DNA of 34,812 bases, taken from positions 1-34,812 of the IMG/VR virus record IMGVR_UViG_3300021476_000017, one strand, 5' to 3'. A program made the translations under genes and the position numbers. Numbering within the stretch: position 1 is the first letter of the stretch; each line of letters opens with the position of its first letter. The stretch is from a virus (taxonomy: Duplodnaviria; Caudoviricetes). Positions 24,901-34,101 of this stretch are shown here, in pieces. The notes under the pieces are model-generated. The model saw only the letters and a program-made list of their open reading frames with translations, did not search any database and was not told the DNA's origin.

Positions 24901-26214
24901 TTATAATCCTAAAGTCCTTGCTAGTTCATTCCAAGTTGTTCCATCAGAAACGAATTCAATCATATGTTTTTTTGAGCCTGTCAAAGTCATTGTCCCATTT
25001 GGTTTGAATGTAGAAGCAAATGTAACAACATCTCCTCCGCCTGCATCGGAAGTGATACAAATCCATAAATGTTGACCAGCTACTCCAACTCCTGATGGAG
25101 TTAGAGTCATATTGGTTCCAGCAGTGGAGGTTAGAGTATGTAAATTAGGATTTGTGACGGTTATTGTGGCAGCGGCTCCTACGACTCCAATAGCATCAAC
25201 ATCACCTGAAATGTATCCACCAATAGATTGAATATTTAAAGCATCAAGAGAACCATAAGCTGATTGTGCTCTAGTTCTAATTTTAAGTAGAGCATCAGTC
25301 GAGACATCTAGTCCTATTCCTGTAGTTAGAGAATTTTGTTTAAGAATTGATAATTGACCTTGACCAGTTCCTAAAAATGCTACTTCTTGATTAAATACGA
25401 TTTGATTTGTTCCAGAACCACCGAGAATTTGAATTGGAGTCGTTCCTTGTGTAGTATTTCCAATTCCAAAATCATTCGTAGTTATCTGCCCAACTCCAAT
25501 ACTCCATCTATCAAATCCCGTTGTCGGTGTGAAATAACAAAGGGAAGTAGCTCCTGATGATTGAAGATCAAGCTGTACTCCATTTCCTCCAGCAATAAAT
25601 ACGCGTGTTCCAATAGGATTACTCGTTCCACCAAATCCTACATTACCATTATTTTGACATTGAAAAGATATAGTTCCACCATCATTACCAACTAGAAATG
25701 AAATTGCTGATGACGCACCAGAGCCGCCATTACCAGATGTCCCAACAAAACTTAATTGTGATGAATTAAGAGTTCCACCATAAATAATAGGGCAAATAAG
25801 AGAAGTTGAAATATTTTCTGTACCAGTAACATCAAGAGTATAACTAGGACTTGCTGAAGTTCCTATTCCTAATCTTTTATTAGTGTTATCCCAAAATAAA
25901 TCAGCATTATCTTCAGCTAAGTCTCCACTCGGAGAACCAAATGGAACTGATCCTTTAGTAAATTTCTTTAAAATAGCAGGTGGATACATCATGTAATCCG
26001 CTTCATCTAAAGGATCAATAAATAACTGACTATTTATTCCAGGTGGTCCTTGTGGTCCAGGAGTTCCAGAAGATGAAGCTATCGATGTAGTTTGAGTATT
26101 TAATGAAGCTAAAGCAGATATTAAACTTCTAATAACTTGATATGTAGGGTTGTCCCTATTTTGCAAGTTTGTATTTAATAGTGCTTGATATAGACGAGAA
26201 GGATCAAAGCTCAT
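24901..26214 (-). CDS. tail fibre / receptor-binding protein
   Basis: Collagen-like GTPGPQGPPG; LFWDNTNKRLGIGT..P...LDV.G; G/T/S-rich beta repeats; C-terminal FVSDGTTWNEL. Confidence 0.75.
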   Translation of the reverse strand: MSFDPSRLYQALLNTNLQNRDNPTYQVIRSLISALASLNTQTTSIASSSGTPGPQGPPGINSQLFIDPLDEADYMMYPPAILKKFTKGSVPFGSPSGDLAEDNADLFWDNTNKRLGIGTSASPSYTLDVTGTENISTSLICPIIYGGTLNSSQLSFVGTSGNGGSGASSAISFLVGNDGGTISFQCQNNGNVGFGGTSNPIGTRVFIAGGNGVQLDLQSSGATSLCYFTPTTGFDRWSIGVGQITTNDFGIGNTTQGTTPIQILGGSGTNQIVFNQEVAFLGTGQGQLSILKQNSLTTGIGLDVSTDALLKIRTRAQSAYGSLDALNIQSIGGYISGDVDAIGVVGAAATITVTNPNLHTLTSTAGTNMTLTPSGVGVAGQHLWICITSDAGGGDVVTFASTFKPNGTMTLTGSKKHMIEFVSDGTTWNELARTLGL

Positions 26215-26507
26215 TGTGGATAAGACTTCGCAACTGCTTTGACATAAATAACTACTCTAGAAATTTGAAACCATTCACCAAGATTGACTGTCTTAATTTG
26301 AAGTTTAGCCCTTTGTTGAGTAAAATTAGATAATATAGTTGGTTCAATATTAGTTGTAGAATTCAATGTTAATGGTGCTAGTGAGTCACTTTGAGTTTTA
26401 TCCAAACTGTATAAAGTTGAAACAAGACTAGCAGAGCCGTTAACACGTAAACGAACTAAACCATAATGATTAACGACTTCTTCACCAGTTGATTTCTTTG
26501 TTGCCAT
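26211..26507 (-). CDS. tail structural protein (beta-sandwich-like)
   Basis: 98 aa, coupled at both ends. Confidence 0.6.
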   Translation of the reverse strand: MATKKSTGEEVVNHYGLVRLRVNGSASLVSTLYSLDKTQSDSLAPLTLNSTTNIEPTILSNFTQQRAKLQIKTVNLGEWFQISRVVIYVKAVAKSYPQ

Positions 26508-27502
26508 TATGGAATGAATCCAAACTCAACTGTTGGGTCCAAGATGTTTACAGGTGTAGCGGCAGCGGCTCTATTATTAGGATTATAGACGTTATCAAAT
26601 GCTTGTCCAGTAGTTAAAACATATAAACCAGACGAATCATTAAAAATTATAGAAACAGTACCAATTAAAACACCATTTTGCGGCGGTGTTTGAGTAGCAT
26701 TATTAGCATTCATATCAGCGAGAAGAGTTACAGTTCCACTATTAGGATTGTTAAATGCTGGGAACCAGAATACAATTTGTGTATCAGTTTGACTAATGAA
26801 ATCTTGAGCATATACAACATTATCATGTAAAGTTGTTCCAACTAGAGCTTGAACATGTATTCTAGAAACTAAACTTAATCCGGAAGCTCCATTAATTGTA
26901 AACTTCTGACCCATAACAACATTACTAGTTACTGGAAGAGTCCAGCTAGAAGTTAATATACTATATGTTCCACTAACTGCCCATTTACTAATCCATCGAG
27001 AAGTTTGATGCCCAATAGTTGTATTGTCAACATGAAATCCACAACCTTGAGTAAAAAATAATAATGGATTTGGTATCTCGTTAGATGGATATTGAAAGCT
27101 TTGATTAGTCAATCCTAAATCAGATGAGATTATTGATGGGTCAAAAGTTAAATCAAAATGATTTGTTGCATCGGAAGCACTATTATCAAAATAACAAGCA
27201 ATCTTAGCTGATGTGATATTAAATCCAGCTGGTAAGCCTGCAAATGATATTGCTGCATTACCATCTAGAGCTATCACATTGCCAGTGAGACTAAATCCTA
27301 ATCTGAGAATATCAGTCCCAGTATTAGGGGTTATAGTATTTCTACCCTGTAAAATTCTTGGAAATGGCGGTGGAACTCCTGTAGATGATGAAAATATAGT
27401 TGCTAAAACAAAAGAACCATAAACACCCAAAGCAGTATTATTCTCAACACTGCCGCTAGTAACAGTACCAGAATCAGGGGTTATTATGAAAGTTCCAGAC
27501 AT
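26507..27502 (-). CDS. beta-rich virion/tail protein
   Basis: 331 aa, S/T/G/N-rich; TGATG and TAATG coupling. Confidence 0.65.
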   Translation of the reverse strand: MSGTFIITPDSGTVTSGSVENNTALGVYGSFVLATIFSSSTGVPPPFPRILQGRNTITPNTGTDILRLGFSLTGNVIALDGNAAISFAGLPAGFNITSAKIACYFDNSASDATNHFDLTFDPSIISSDLGLTNQSFQYPSNEIPNPLLFFTQGCGFHVDNTTIGHQTSRWISKWAVSGTYSILTSSWTLPVTSNVVMGQKFTINGASGLSLVSRIHVQALVGTTLHDNVVYAQDFISQTDTQIVFWFPAFNNPNSGTVTLLADMNANNATQTPPQNGVLIGTVSIIFNDSSGLYVLTTGQAFDNVYNPNNRAAAATPVNILDPTVEFGFIP

Positions 27503-29025
27503 CAGAATCCTATATCAGAACCAATAATTACATCATCTGTATTTTGTATCGCTACTGCATTAACACCCTGTGAAAAATTCCAAGGACACCATCTAATATT
27601 CTTATAATCCAATCCATTCTGATAGTCACCAACTAGTAGCAAGCGGCTTGGAAGAGTACAATAAAGTTTCCTTTCTATTGGATTATTAATTAATTGAATT
27701 TTACCATATCCATTTCTATCCAAATTTTTCCAATAATTATCGATTTTCCAGGTTAAAATTTGTTGTGGTATAGGATATTTTCCGTTAAATTGTTCAATTC
27801 CACGATATGTAGCAATTAATAATGAATCAACACTAGCTTTACCAGAATCCAGAACTGTAGCTATTCCGTGTGGACAAGTTCCTACAGATGGATCAACAGG
27901 TACGAGAGGCCATGAAGATGGGTATCCATCATTATCCGAATATGAAACTGTTTGTGACCTCTTAAAAGCGTAGAGAATATCTCTCATCTCTTGGGCATTA
28001 GTAATTGGATTTCCATCAAGAGGAACTACTATAATACCAGCGATTTGATCTATTGCTTCAGGTTCACCAGGTGCAGAAACTAAAATCAAAGAAATATTTG
28101 CATTAGTACAGGCTAATACAAGTCGATTATGATACATTCCGAGAGTTGAACCAGCCGGAATGGCTGTATAATTGTTTATTAAATGACTAGCATCTGATAA
28201 TAAATCTGCATCATAAAATGAAATATTACTTAAAGTTGTAGTCGTGTTATCATTAATTACAGCATTTGGAACAAAGAAGAATTGATATCCATTTAAATCT
28301 CCATTAAAATTCTGAATAGTCTTAGTTGCAACTAATAGTCGTTTCACCACATTTGAGGCACCTGTAGGAACTCCAGTAAAACTTACTGAGCTTCCAGCAC
28401 TTGTAGTAAAACTAGCATTTCCCCCCGGTGGGGCATTATACCCAAATTTAGTTTGGGAAACAAAAGCAAAAACTTTTAAACCAGCATCAGTATGACCAGC
28501 CGCTCCATTAGCAGGAGTTATAGTTCCAGATAATGCACTGCCAGCGGCTTGTTGAGCAGCTGTTCCATCACCAGCATAAACTTGTAAATTCTGACCACTC
28601 ATTCCAGATTGGAACGTTAATGCTCCATTTGTATAATCAGTAAATGGACTGATATAAGCTCTACCAGCATAAGGAACAAATGCAAAATCTGTCATTCCAG
28701 CAACTGTTAGAATAGGACCATAAACAGTTGTAGAATTAACTATATGATATATATTCCCATTACCAGATGAATCTATAGCTAATAGAAGAATAGTATTAGC
28801 AGTTTGAGTAGGATAATTGTAAATTCGTCTAATATTAGATACTGGCCCAGAGACAGACTGACTAATTCCAATTCCAGGTCTAGTTCTAAATGAAGCTTCA
28901 CCAACAAAATCAATATTAACACAATTAGAGAAATGATCTATCGGACAAGTATCATCATTACCTCTTTTCCAGAGACCATTAAAACCTGGAATTACAACTC
29001 CTTGATGGTCGCGGACTGGGCTCAT
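27502..29025 (-). CDS. tail nozzle / stabilisation protein (P22 gp10-like beta-propeller)
   Basis: N-terminal F.GL...D...P.....C.NID....RPG; YHNRLV..., SAPGEPE, LYAFKRSQT, VGTCPHGI. Confidence 0.65.
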   Translation of the reverse strand: MSPVRDHQGVVIPGFNGLWKRGNDDTCPIDHFSNCVNIDFVGEASFRTRPGIGISQSVSGPVSNIRRIYNYPTQTANTILLLAIDSSGNGNIYHIVNSTTVYGPILTVAGMTDFAFVPYAGRAYISPFTDYTNGALTFQSGMSGQNLQVYAGDGTAAQQAAGSALSGTITPANGAAGHTDAGLKVFAFVSQTKFGYNAPPGGNASFTTSAGSSVSFTGVPTGASNVVKRLLVATKTIQNFNGDLNGYQFFFVPNAVINDNTTTTLSNISFYDADLLSDASHLINNYTAIPAGSTLGMYHNRLVLACTNANISLILVSAPGEPEAIDQIAGIIVVPLDGNPITNAQEMRDILYAFKRSQTVSYSDNDGYPSSWPLVPVDPSVGTCPHGIATVLDSGKASVDSLLIATYRGIEQFNGKYPIPQQILTWKIDNYWKNLDRNGYGKIQLINNPIERKLYCTLPSRLLLVGDYQNGLDYKNIRWCPWNFSQGVNAVAIQNTDDVIIGSDIGF

Positions 29026-29231
29026 TTTAGTATATTAGGATCAATGAAATCTCCACCAATATAATCATTAATTGCTTTACCTAAATTAATGAAACTTTGA
29101 GTTGATTCTGGCATGAATCCATGATTATCAACATTATTTCTTACAATACTAATTACAGCTGCTACAATATAACTAAAAGATTCGTCAGGCATCGTAGAGA
29201 AGATTTGAATTAATGCATCACGATTTTTCAT
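29022..29231 (-). CDS. hypothetical protein (69 aa)
   Basis: ATG 29231 immediately after the adaptor stop (track start 29291); ATGA overlap with the nozzle gene. Confidence 0.55.
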   Translation of the reverse strand: MKNRDALIQIFSTMPDESFSYIVAAVISIVRNNVDNHGFMPESTQSFINLGKAINDYIGGDFIDPNILK

Positions 29232-29232
29232 T

Positions 29233-29943
29233 TTAATAATTAACACCTCGATGTTTGAACGAATATCTAAATGGCTTACGTCTAACAACAATAGACTGCA
29301 AACCTTTTATTTGAATTCCCATTGAACGAGAAAGAGCCGTTGTTGTGAGTGAATCAAGAGCCATAGCACGAGATTCATTCTCAGCAACAAATAATGCACA
29401 TAAAGCCGCTGTCTTATACTCTAAGTAAGTCTTAACTTTAGTATAAGGAAGATTCATATTAATGTTTCCAATTAGAATTGGAGTTTTAAAGATTGAACCG
29501 ACATAATCCAATTTAAGATCATTAACCTGGTTAGCGGCTACCAGATTTATTTTCTCATTTTCCCAGGACCAAATGAGAAAATTAGAAATTGTAGTACCAT
29601 CCTCAAGATAATGAGGAAGAAAATCCTTCTTAGTCATAGGAGTCCACTGATTTAATCCAGTTTGTGACTCCCAAATTTGTTCAATTTCTATCAAATCACT
29701 CGGAAGAGCAGGATTTGTATCAAATCCTACAAATATATTAATTGCTTTAGAAACGGCTGGAACAGTGATAACAGCTGGAGTAGTTTTGTGAGTTATTGGT
29801 AATCCATTCAATTCAAATGTTTCCTGCAATTCATCTAATGCTAGATTGAAATATGGTAGCACAGCCGCATTAGTATACTGCGTTTGAGCAGAATCATTCA
29901 TTAGGGCTGCAGCGGCTGTGATAATTTCACTCGGCTTCGGCAT
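29233..29943 (-). CDS. head-tail adaptor-like protein
   Basis: II..A..LMND....YT....L.YFN.AL.EL, LPSDLIEI and YLEYKTAAL pattern; upstream of the nozzle gene. Confidence 0.65.
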   Translation of the reverse strand: MPKPSEIITAAAALMNDSAQTQYTNAAVLPYFNLALDELQETFELNGLPITHKTTPAVITVPAVSKAINIFVGFDTNPALPSDLIEIEQIWESQTGLNQWTPMTKKDFLPHYLEDGTTISNFLIWSWENEKINLVAANQVNDLKLDYVGSIFKTPILIGNINMNLPYTKVKTYLEYKTAALCALFVAENESRAMALDSLTTTALSRSMGIQIKGLQSIVVRRKPFRYSFKHRGVNY

Positions 29944-29955
29944 CTGATTTCTTTT

Positions 29956-30123
29956 CTAGATACTGAATGAGAAACTTAGCAAGCCACTCAGCTTGTTTCT
30001 AGAAATATGTATATCAACACAATCAACATGATTTTCTTCTATATCAAATTTAGTATTATACTGAATCTCTTCTATTACTCCTCTTATCCTTAAACTAACA
30101 AAGTAATTGGGATTTACTTCCAT
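29956..30123 (-). CDS. hypothetical protein (55 aa)
   Basis: ATG 30123 just after the stop of 30131..30487 (track start 30174). Confidence 0.45.
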   Translation of the reverse strand: MEVNPNYFVSLRIRGVIEEIQYNTKFDIEENHVDCVDIHISRNKLSGLLSFSFSI

Positions 30124-30130
30124 ATTCTTA

Positions 30131-30487
30131 CTATGTCCAATAGACTCTGACTCCATTAATTTGAGTTCCAACATTTAGAACCAAACTCACAAACGAAGGA
30201 TCCAACCCAACACTGAACCAATCAGTAATATGAATTGGAAATCCAGTATCAGCCGCTACACCCTTTACAGTTACTATTGTAGCATTTCCAGCTGGTAGAA
30301 GAATCGTTAGTCTTGTTACAACAAATCCAGTAACTACTGGAGCCGTTAAGGTAGTATTACCAACTAAAAGATTAACTAAATCTCTTTTAAACGGAGATGA
30401 AGTATTATCTAGAGCTGCTTGGAGAATGGTATCTGTATCATCTCCAGAGATTAGAATCTGTAACTGAGCACTAGCTGTTATGGCCAT
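30131..30487 (-). CDS. putative virion structural protein
   Basis: Beta-rich, V/T/G-rich; GAGAG RBS. Confidence 0.65.
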   Translation of the reverse strand: MAITASAQLQILISGDDTDTILQAALDNTSSPFKRDLVNLLVGNTTLTAPVVTGFVVTRLTILLPAGNATIVTVKGVAADTGFPIHITDWFSVGLDPSFVSLVLNVGTQINGVRVYWT

Positions 30488-30574
30488 TTATTATCTCTCG
30501 TTATATCAAAATAGAACCAAACTAATAGTAAAACAAATATTAACCATTCTGGAATATAATTAGAAGTGAGAATT

Positions 30575-31303
30575 CTAAATAGCAAATTTCACTTCCTTAG
30601 ATAGAGGATGATCTGGATCAATAGCTTTGCATGTCTGACATATTGGAAAATTGGGATTTCTCATTGTTCCACAAAATTTGCATGGAACAAGTTGAATAAG
30701 ATGAAAATCTTTAAGCCAAGATTTATCATGTAAACCTAGTGACCTAGCGGCGATTCTCATTAAATCCCAAATAACAAGGGGATTATTGTTAGAACGAGCC
30801 CAAAGAGCATCAGCTTGTTGAACAAGAATTTGATACCATTTATTTTGTTTATCTTTCACTTCATCAAGTTTATTTCTATAACTTAGTTTAATTTCAGAAA
30901 CAGTTTTCTCACCTAGTACGAAGAATAATCCAGGCATGGCATCACTCATATTACAGCCATACATACCATTACAAAAATCTTTTACAATAGATTCAGCTAT
31001 TTGAATACTTCCAGTAGGAATTTCCAAGACTGGTCTTTCAATATCAGTATCAGCCCACCAACTAGAACTACCAACTACTAGAATACTAGGATTTTCAAAT
31101 GTCCCTGGATCGATATGAAATTTTCCTGGTTCAATTGTCCATTTAACTTCATCAATAGGACTTGGAAAAATAGATACAATAGTAGATTTATCAAGAGGAT
31201 TTTTAGGTGATCTAATATATCTCCTCTTACTAATTGATGTACTATTAAATTCTAATTGATTACCGCCAGGAGCGATTACTGGATTTCCAACTTCACTAGC
31301 CAT
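30575..31303 (-). CDS. hypothetical protein with a C-terminal zinc ribbon
   Basis: PCKFCG...ICQTCK; GGAG RBS; TAATG coupling. Confidence 0.75.
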   Translation of the reverse strand: MASEVGNPVIAPGGNQLEFNSTSISKRRYIRSPKNPLDKSTIVSIFPSPIDEVKWTIEPGKFHIDPGTFENPSILVVGSSSWWADTDIERPVLEIPTGSIQIAESIVKDFCNGMYGCNMSDAMPGLFFVLGEKTVSEIKLSYRNKLDEVKDKQNKWYQILVQQADALWARSNNNPLVIWDLMRIAARSLGLHDKSWLKDFHLIQLVPCKFCGTMRNPNFPICQTCKAIDPDHPLSKEVKFAI

Positions 31304-31848
31304 TAATTAACTACTCCTTTAAATTCTTTTCCTGTATAACCAACACCATAACCATATGTTAAGGCATCAGTAACATCTGTTTCATTACCAAATAAATCAT
31401 TCTGAACCCTTTGTATTCTAGCCTCGTATTCTTCTTCAGTTTCATTTTTGTCCTTATACTTAGGATATCCACTTCCATTCATAGCCGCTAAGCGAGATTC
31501 AATTATGAGTTTACAACCTTCATAAAAAGGAGGAAGATAATTTTGCTTTTTATCCTGAAATACCCATAGCGGCTCGTAGGAAACTTTTGTTATTAAATCA
31601 GTTTCTTGATTTTTTGGAACAGGAACTAAAATTTCTAGAATATATTTAGCTGTTATATAATGTCGATATTTCGGTAACAGACGAACCTCAGGTTCTAGCA
31701 ATCTGAAACCTTCTGATGTATAATCAGTAAACCTCTTCTCAAATTGATCTTCTGACCAAACAACTCTATATATTGGAGAAGAATATTCACTTCCATACTC
31801 TTCTAGTAGCTTTTGATTGATAAACTCAATTGGTTCTCTTAATTCCAT
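31303..31848 (-). CDS. hypothetical protein
   Basis: Start at the TAATG overlap, 31848 (track start 31866). Confidence 0.75.
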   Translation of the reverse strand: MELREPIEFINQKLLEEYGSEYSSPIYRVVWSEDQFEKRFTDYTSEGFRLLEPEVRLLPKYRHYITAKYILEILVPVPKNQETDLITKVSYEPLWVFQDKKQNYLPPFYEGCKLIIESRLAAMNGSGYPKYKDKNETEEEYEARIQRVQNDLFGNETDVTDALTYGYGVGYTGKEFKGVVN

Positions 31849-32048
31849 TACGGCCTTACCTTCCAATAGCGAGGATGATTCACTGGAATATTGGATTCTA
31901 ATCCACCAAATTCCTGCAAAATCTTTTCATGTTCTAATAATTCTCTAACTTGTGGATTTGCATATTGTTTAGATTCCTCTTTGTTTTTAATATTACTAAA
32001 TGGATTTGATGATTCAATTTCATCAAACAGATCTTTGGATTTTTCCAT
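31848..32048 (-). CDS. hypothetical protein
   Basis: 66 aa; GAGGAG RBS. Confidence 0.65.
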   Translation of the reverse strand: MEKSKDLFDEIESSNPFSNIKNKEESKQYANPQVRELLEHEKILQEFGGLESNIPVNHPRYWKVRP

Positions 32049-33102
32049 TTTCTAAATACTCCTCTGCAATCTCAACAATTGAGTATCTTTCCGGAATCAG
32101 ACTAATTGCTGAAGATATTGCTATGCAAAATCCAGCAAGAGGAACATATGCATGATGTTCACGAATCCATCCTAATTGATCGTGAACAATTAATCTCGGA
32201 AGTAAAGCAGACCACCACCAACTTAATCCCAATGCAATCCATGAATACTTCTCTTTAGCAAATATAACAAAATAAACTAAAATTGGCAATGATAATACAG
32301 CTATTACTTGAAATGTTAATGATATCGTCCACCAAGCATGATCAATTGATATTCCAATCCCAGTTAAAGCCACTAACATGAGTTTCCAGCTAGCGGCTGT
32401 TTGAATCATAAACCATCTCCAAAGAGGAATTTGAGATGGAGCAATTGCTAAAACTCTTGGAATCAAAAATATCAACTCTACAAGAGAGATTAACAAAATC
32501 ATAGGCCACAAGCCAAATAGCCATCTAATCTCACATTTTCTATTAATAAAAACTATAAATAAAACAAGAGTGGATACTACTAATAAAGTAGGTTTAGTCA
32601 TCGTCATCAACACTATACAAGCAATTAATAATAACCATCGAAGAATTCTTAGTGCTCTACTTGCTGTACAAAACCATAAAAAAGTTAACAAAACAGTTAA
32701 TGATACTAACTCAGCTCTACCTGAAGCATATGCAACGGCTTGAATAGATAATGGATTTATTAAAAATATTAATCCAGTAAACCATCCTAAACCTTTCCAC
32801 CTATTAACTAAAAGTATTAACAGAAATGTATTTAAAATATGAATAAAGAAGTTAATAAGATGAACAACATAAGGAGCCCAAGGAGTTATATAAAAAGTCC
32901 AAATAACAAAATAAGTATTTGGTACAGATTCTACAACTCTATGTAAATCATATGTAAATCCATTTCTAGCCGAAAACCAGCCGCTACCGAGGCTATTATC
33001 CTCGAATACCCATACACTAGTTCTAATGTGTAGAAAGTAATATAGTGAACAAGTTACAAATAAAACCAAGAAGAATATCTTCTTAATATTACTGAGCAAC
33101 AA
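32023..33102 (-). CDS. multi-pass GT-C glycosyltransferase, TMTC-like protein O-mannosyltransferase core
   Basis: About 10 hydrophobic segments; VFEDN, HLINFFIHILN, FLINPLSIQAVAYASGRAEL, TKP, ISIDH, EHHAYVPLAGFC. Confidence 0.8.
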   Translation of the reverse strand: MLLSNIKKIFFLVLFVTCSLYYFLHIRTSVWVFEDNSLGSGWFSARNGFTYDLHRVVESVPNTYFVIWTFYITPWAPYVVHLINFFIHILNTFLLILLVNRWKGLGWFTGLIFLINPLSIQAVAYASGRAELVSLTVLLTFLWFCTASRALRILRWLLLIACIVLMTMTKPTLLVVSTLVLFIVFINRKCEIRWLFGLWPMILLISLVELIFLIPRVLAIAPSQIPLWRWFMIQTAASWKLMLVALTGIGISIDHAWWTISLTFQVIAVLSLPILVYFVIFAKEKYSWIALGLSWWWSALLPRLIVHDQLGWIREHHAYVPLAGFCIAISSAISLIPERYSIVEIAEEYLENGKIQRSV

Positions 33103-33481
33103 ATGTCACACTCAACTGCTTTCTATTTGTCTCCATCAGGTTCAACATTTCACTAACAAGATTAGCTGACTCAATCATATTATTCTGTCTATAAATATTA
33201 ATTAATCCATTATATCCTATAATATAAGGAGCTCTCTCACTAATTGGAAGCCATTCTGGCACATCTAAATTAACTAAATCTAATAATAAAAATACTGTTC
33301 GTCCATTCTGAAGATAATGAGCTGCATTATTTAATACCCAAGGATCTTTTGGCTCAACTCTTATAGCAGATACCCAAATAGTTTTATTGTTATCCCATTC
33401 AGGTAATCTCATATGCAACAATAAGAGATACCAGGCAACTAATGCAACGACTGTGAAATTCTTTACGTTACTGAACCACAC
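33089..33481 (-). CDS. TM + TPR-like protein resembling the C-terminal part of TMTC-like proteins
   Basis: TM helix, then RLPEWDNNKTIWVSAIRVEPKDPWVLNNAA, compared with R...W.....L...A....P......NN. Confidence 0.65.
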   Translation of the reverse strand: MWFSNVKNFTVVALVAWYLLLLHMRLPEWDNNKTIWVSAIRVEPKDPWVLNNAAHYLQNGRTVFLLLDLVNLDVPEWLPISERAPYIIGYNGLINIYRQNNMIESANLVSEMLNLMETNRKQLSVTFVAQ

Positions 33482-34085
33482 AATTAGAACCTGGCTGAAT
33501 CGTTAATGTTCCAGAGCCATTCGCAGCGGCTTGCAGTTGAACGGTTCCTGCAACAGATCCATTAATAACTGAGAATTGAATAATATCAACTAGATTTGAT
33601 AGAATTGGAATAGCTGTACCAGTGTTAGCTAAGGCAGTATTATACGTATTCGCAGTTTGAGTTATGTATGTTACTTGTGTAAGAGGAGATACAAGAGAAG
33701 ATTGAAGAGCTGTGAATCCACTAGGACCAGTAAATTGGTACTTAGGACCAGAAGTTATAGCGCTTGCTTGCCAAAATACATTGCATGTAACATGATAGTT
33801 ACGAGAAGCACTAATAGGGAATGATAAACCGGTAACAGATGTAAAGGATGTCGTTGCATTTGTATAAGTAGTTGTATCATAAAAAGTTTGACTTATATTA
33901 AGACCAGAAGCACCATTACCACTAAATGTAAATGTATGGTCAGCACTATTAGCACATAAAGTATCACTTGTAGTAGTTCCAGCAACACATGATCCCTCTG
34001 GAACTTGAGTATTTGTTCCTAGAGTTTGACCATAATCCTTGCAAGCTAATGCAAGGAAAACGATTGTAAAAAGTGTCTTTTTCAT
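33468..34085 (-). CDS. exported Ser/Thr-rich beta protein with a signal peptide
   Basis: AAAGGAG RBS before ATG 34085 (track start 34160); MKKTLFTIVFLALACKDYGQ N-terminus; very T/S/G-rich. Confidence 0.7.
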   Translation of the reverse strand: MKKTLFTIVFLALACKDYGQTLGTNTQVPEGSCVAGTTTSDTLCANSADHTFTFSGNGASGLNISQTFYDTTTYTNATTSFTSVTGLSFPISASRNYHVTCNVFWQASAITSGPKYQFTGPSGFTALQSSLVSPLTQVTYITQTANTYNTALANTGTAIPILSNLVDIIQFSVINGSVAGTVQLQAAANGSGTLTIQPGSNCVVQ

Positions 34086-34101
34086 GTTCATTCTCCTTTC
34101 A

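Noticed and set aside
30-27422. Antisense or nested ORFs in the track (e.g. 30..413, 953..1351, 3466..3801, 5035..5328, 11736..12023, 14588..14923, 20709..21187, 27213..27422)
   Set aside because: They overlap better-supported genes and have no motifs or RBSs
34040-34085. Lipoprotein signal in the Ser/Thr-rich protein
   Set aside because: ALAC is a poor lipobox; SPase I cleavage near YG/Q is equally plausible, so only export is claimed
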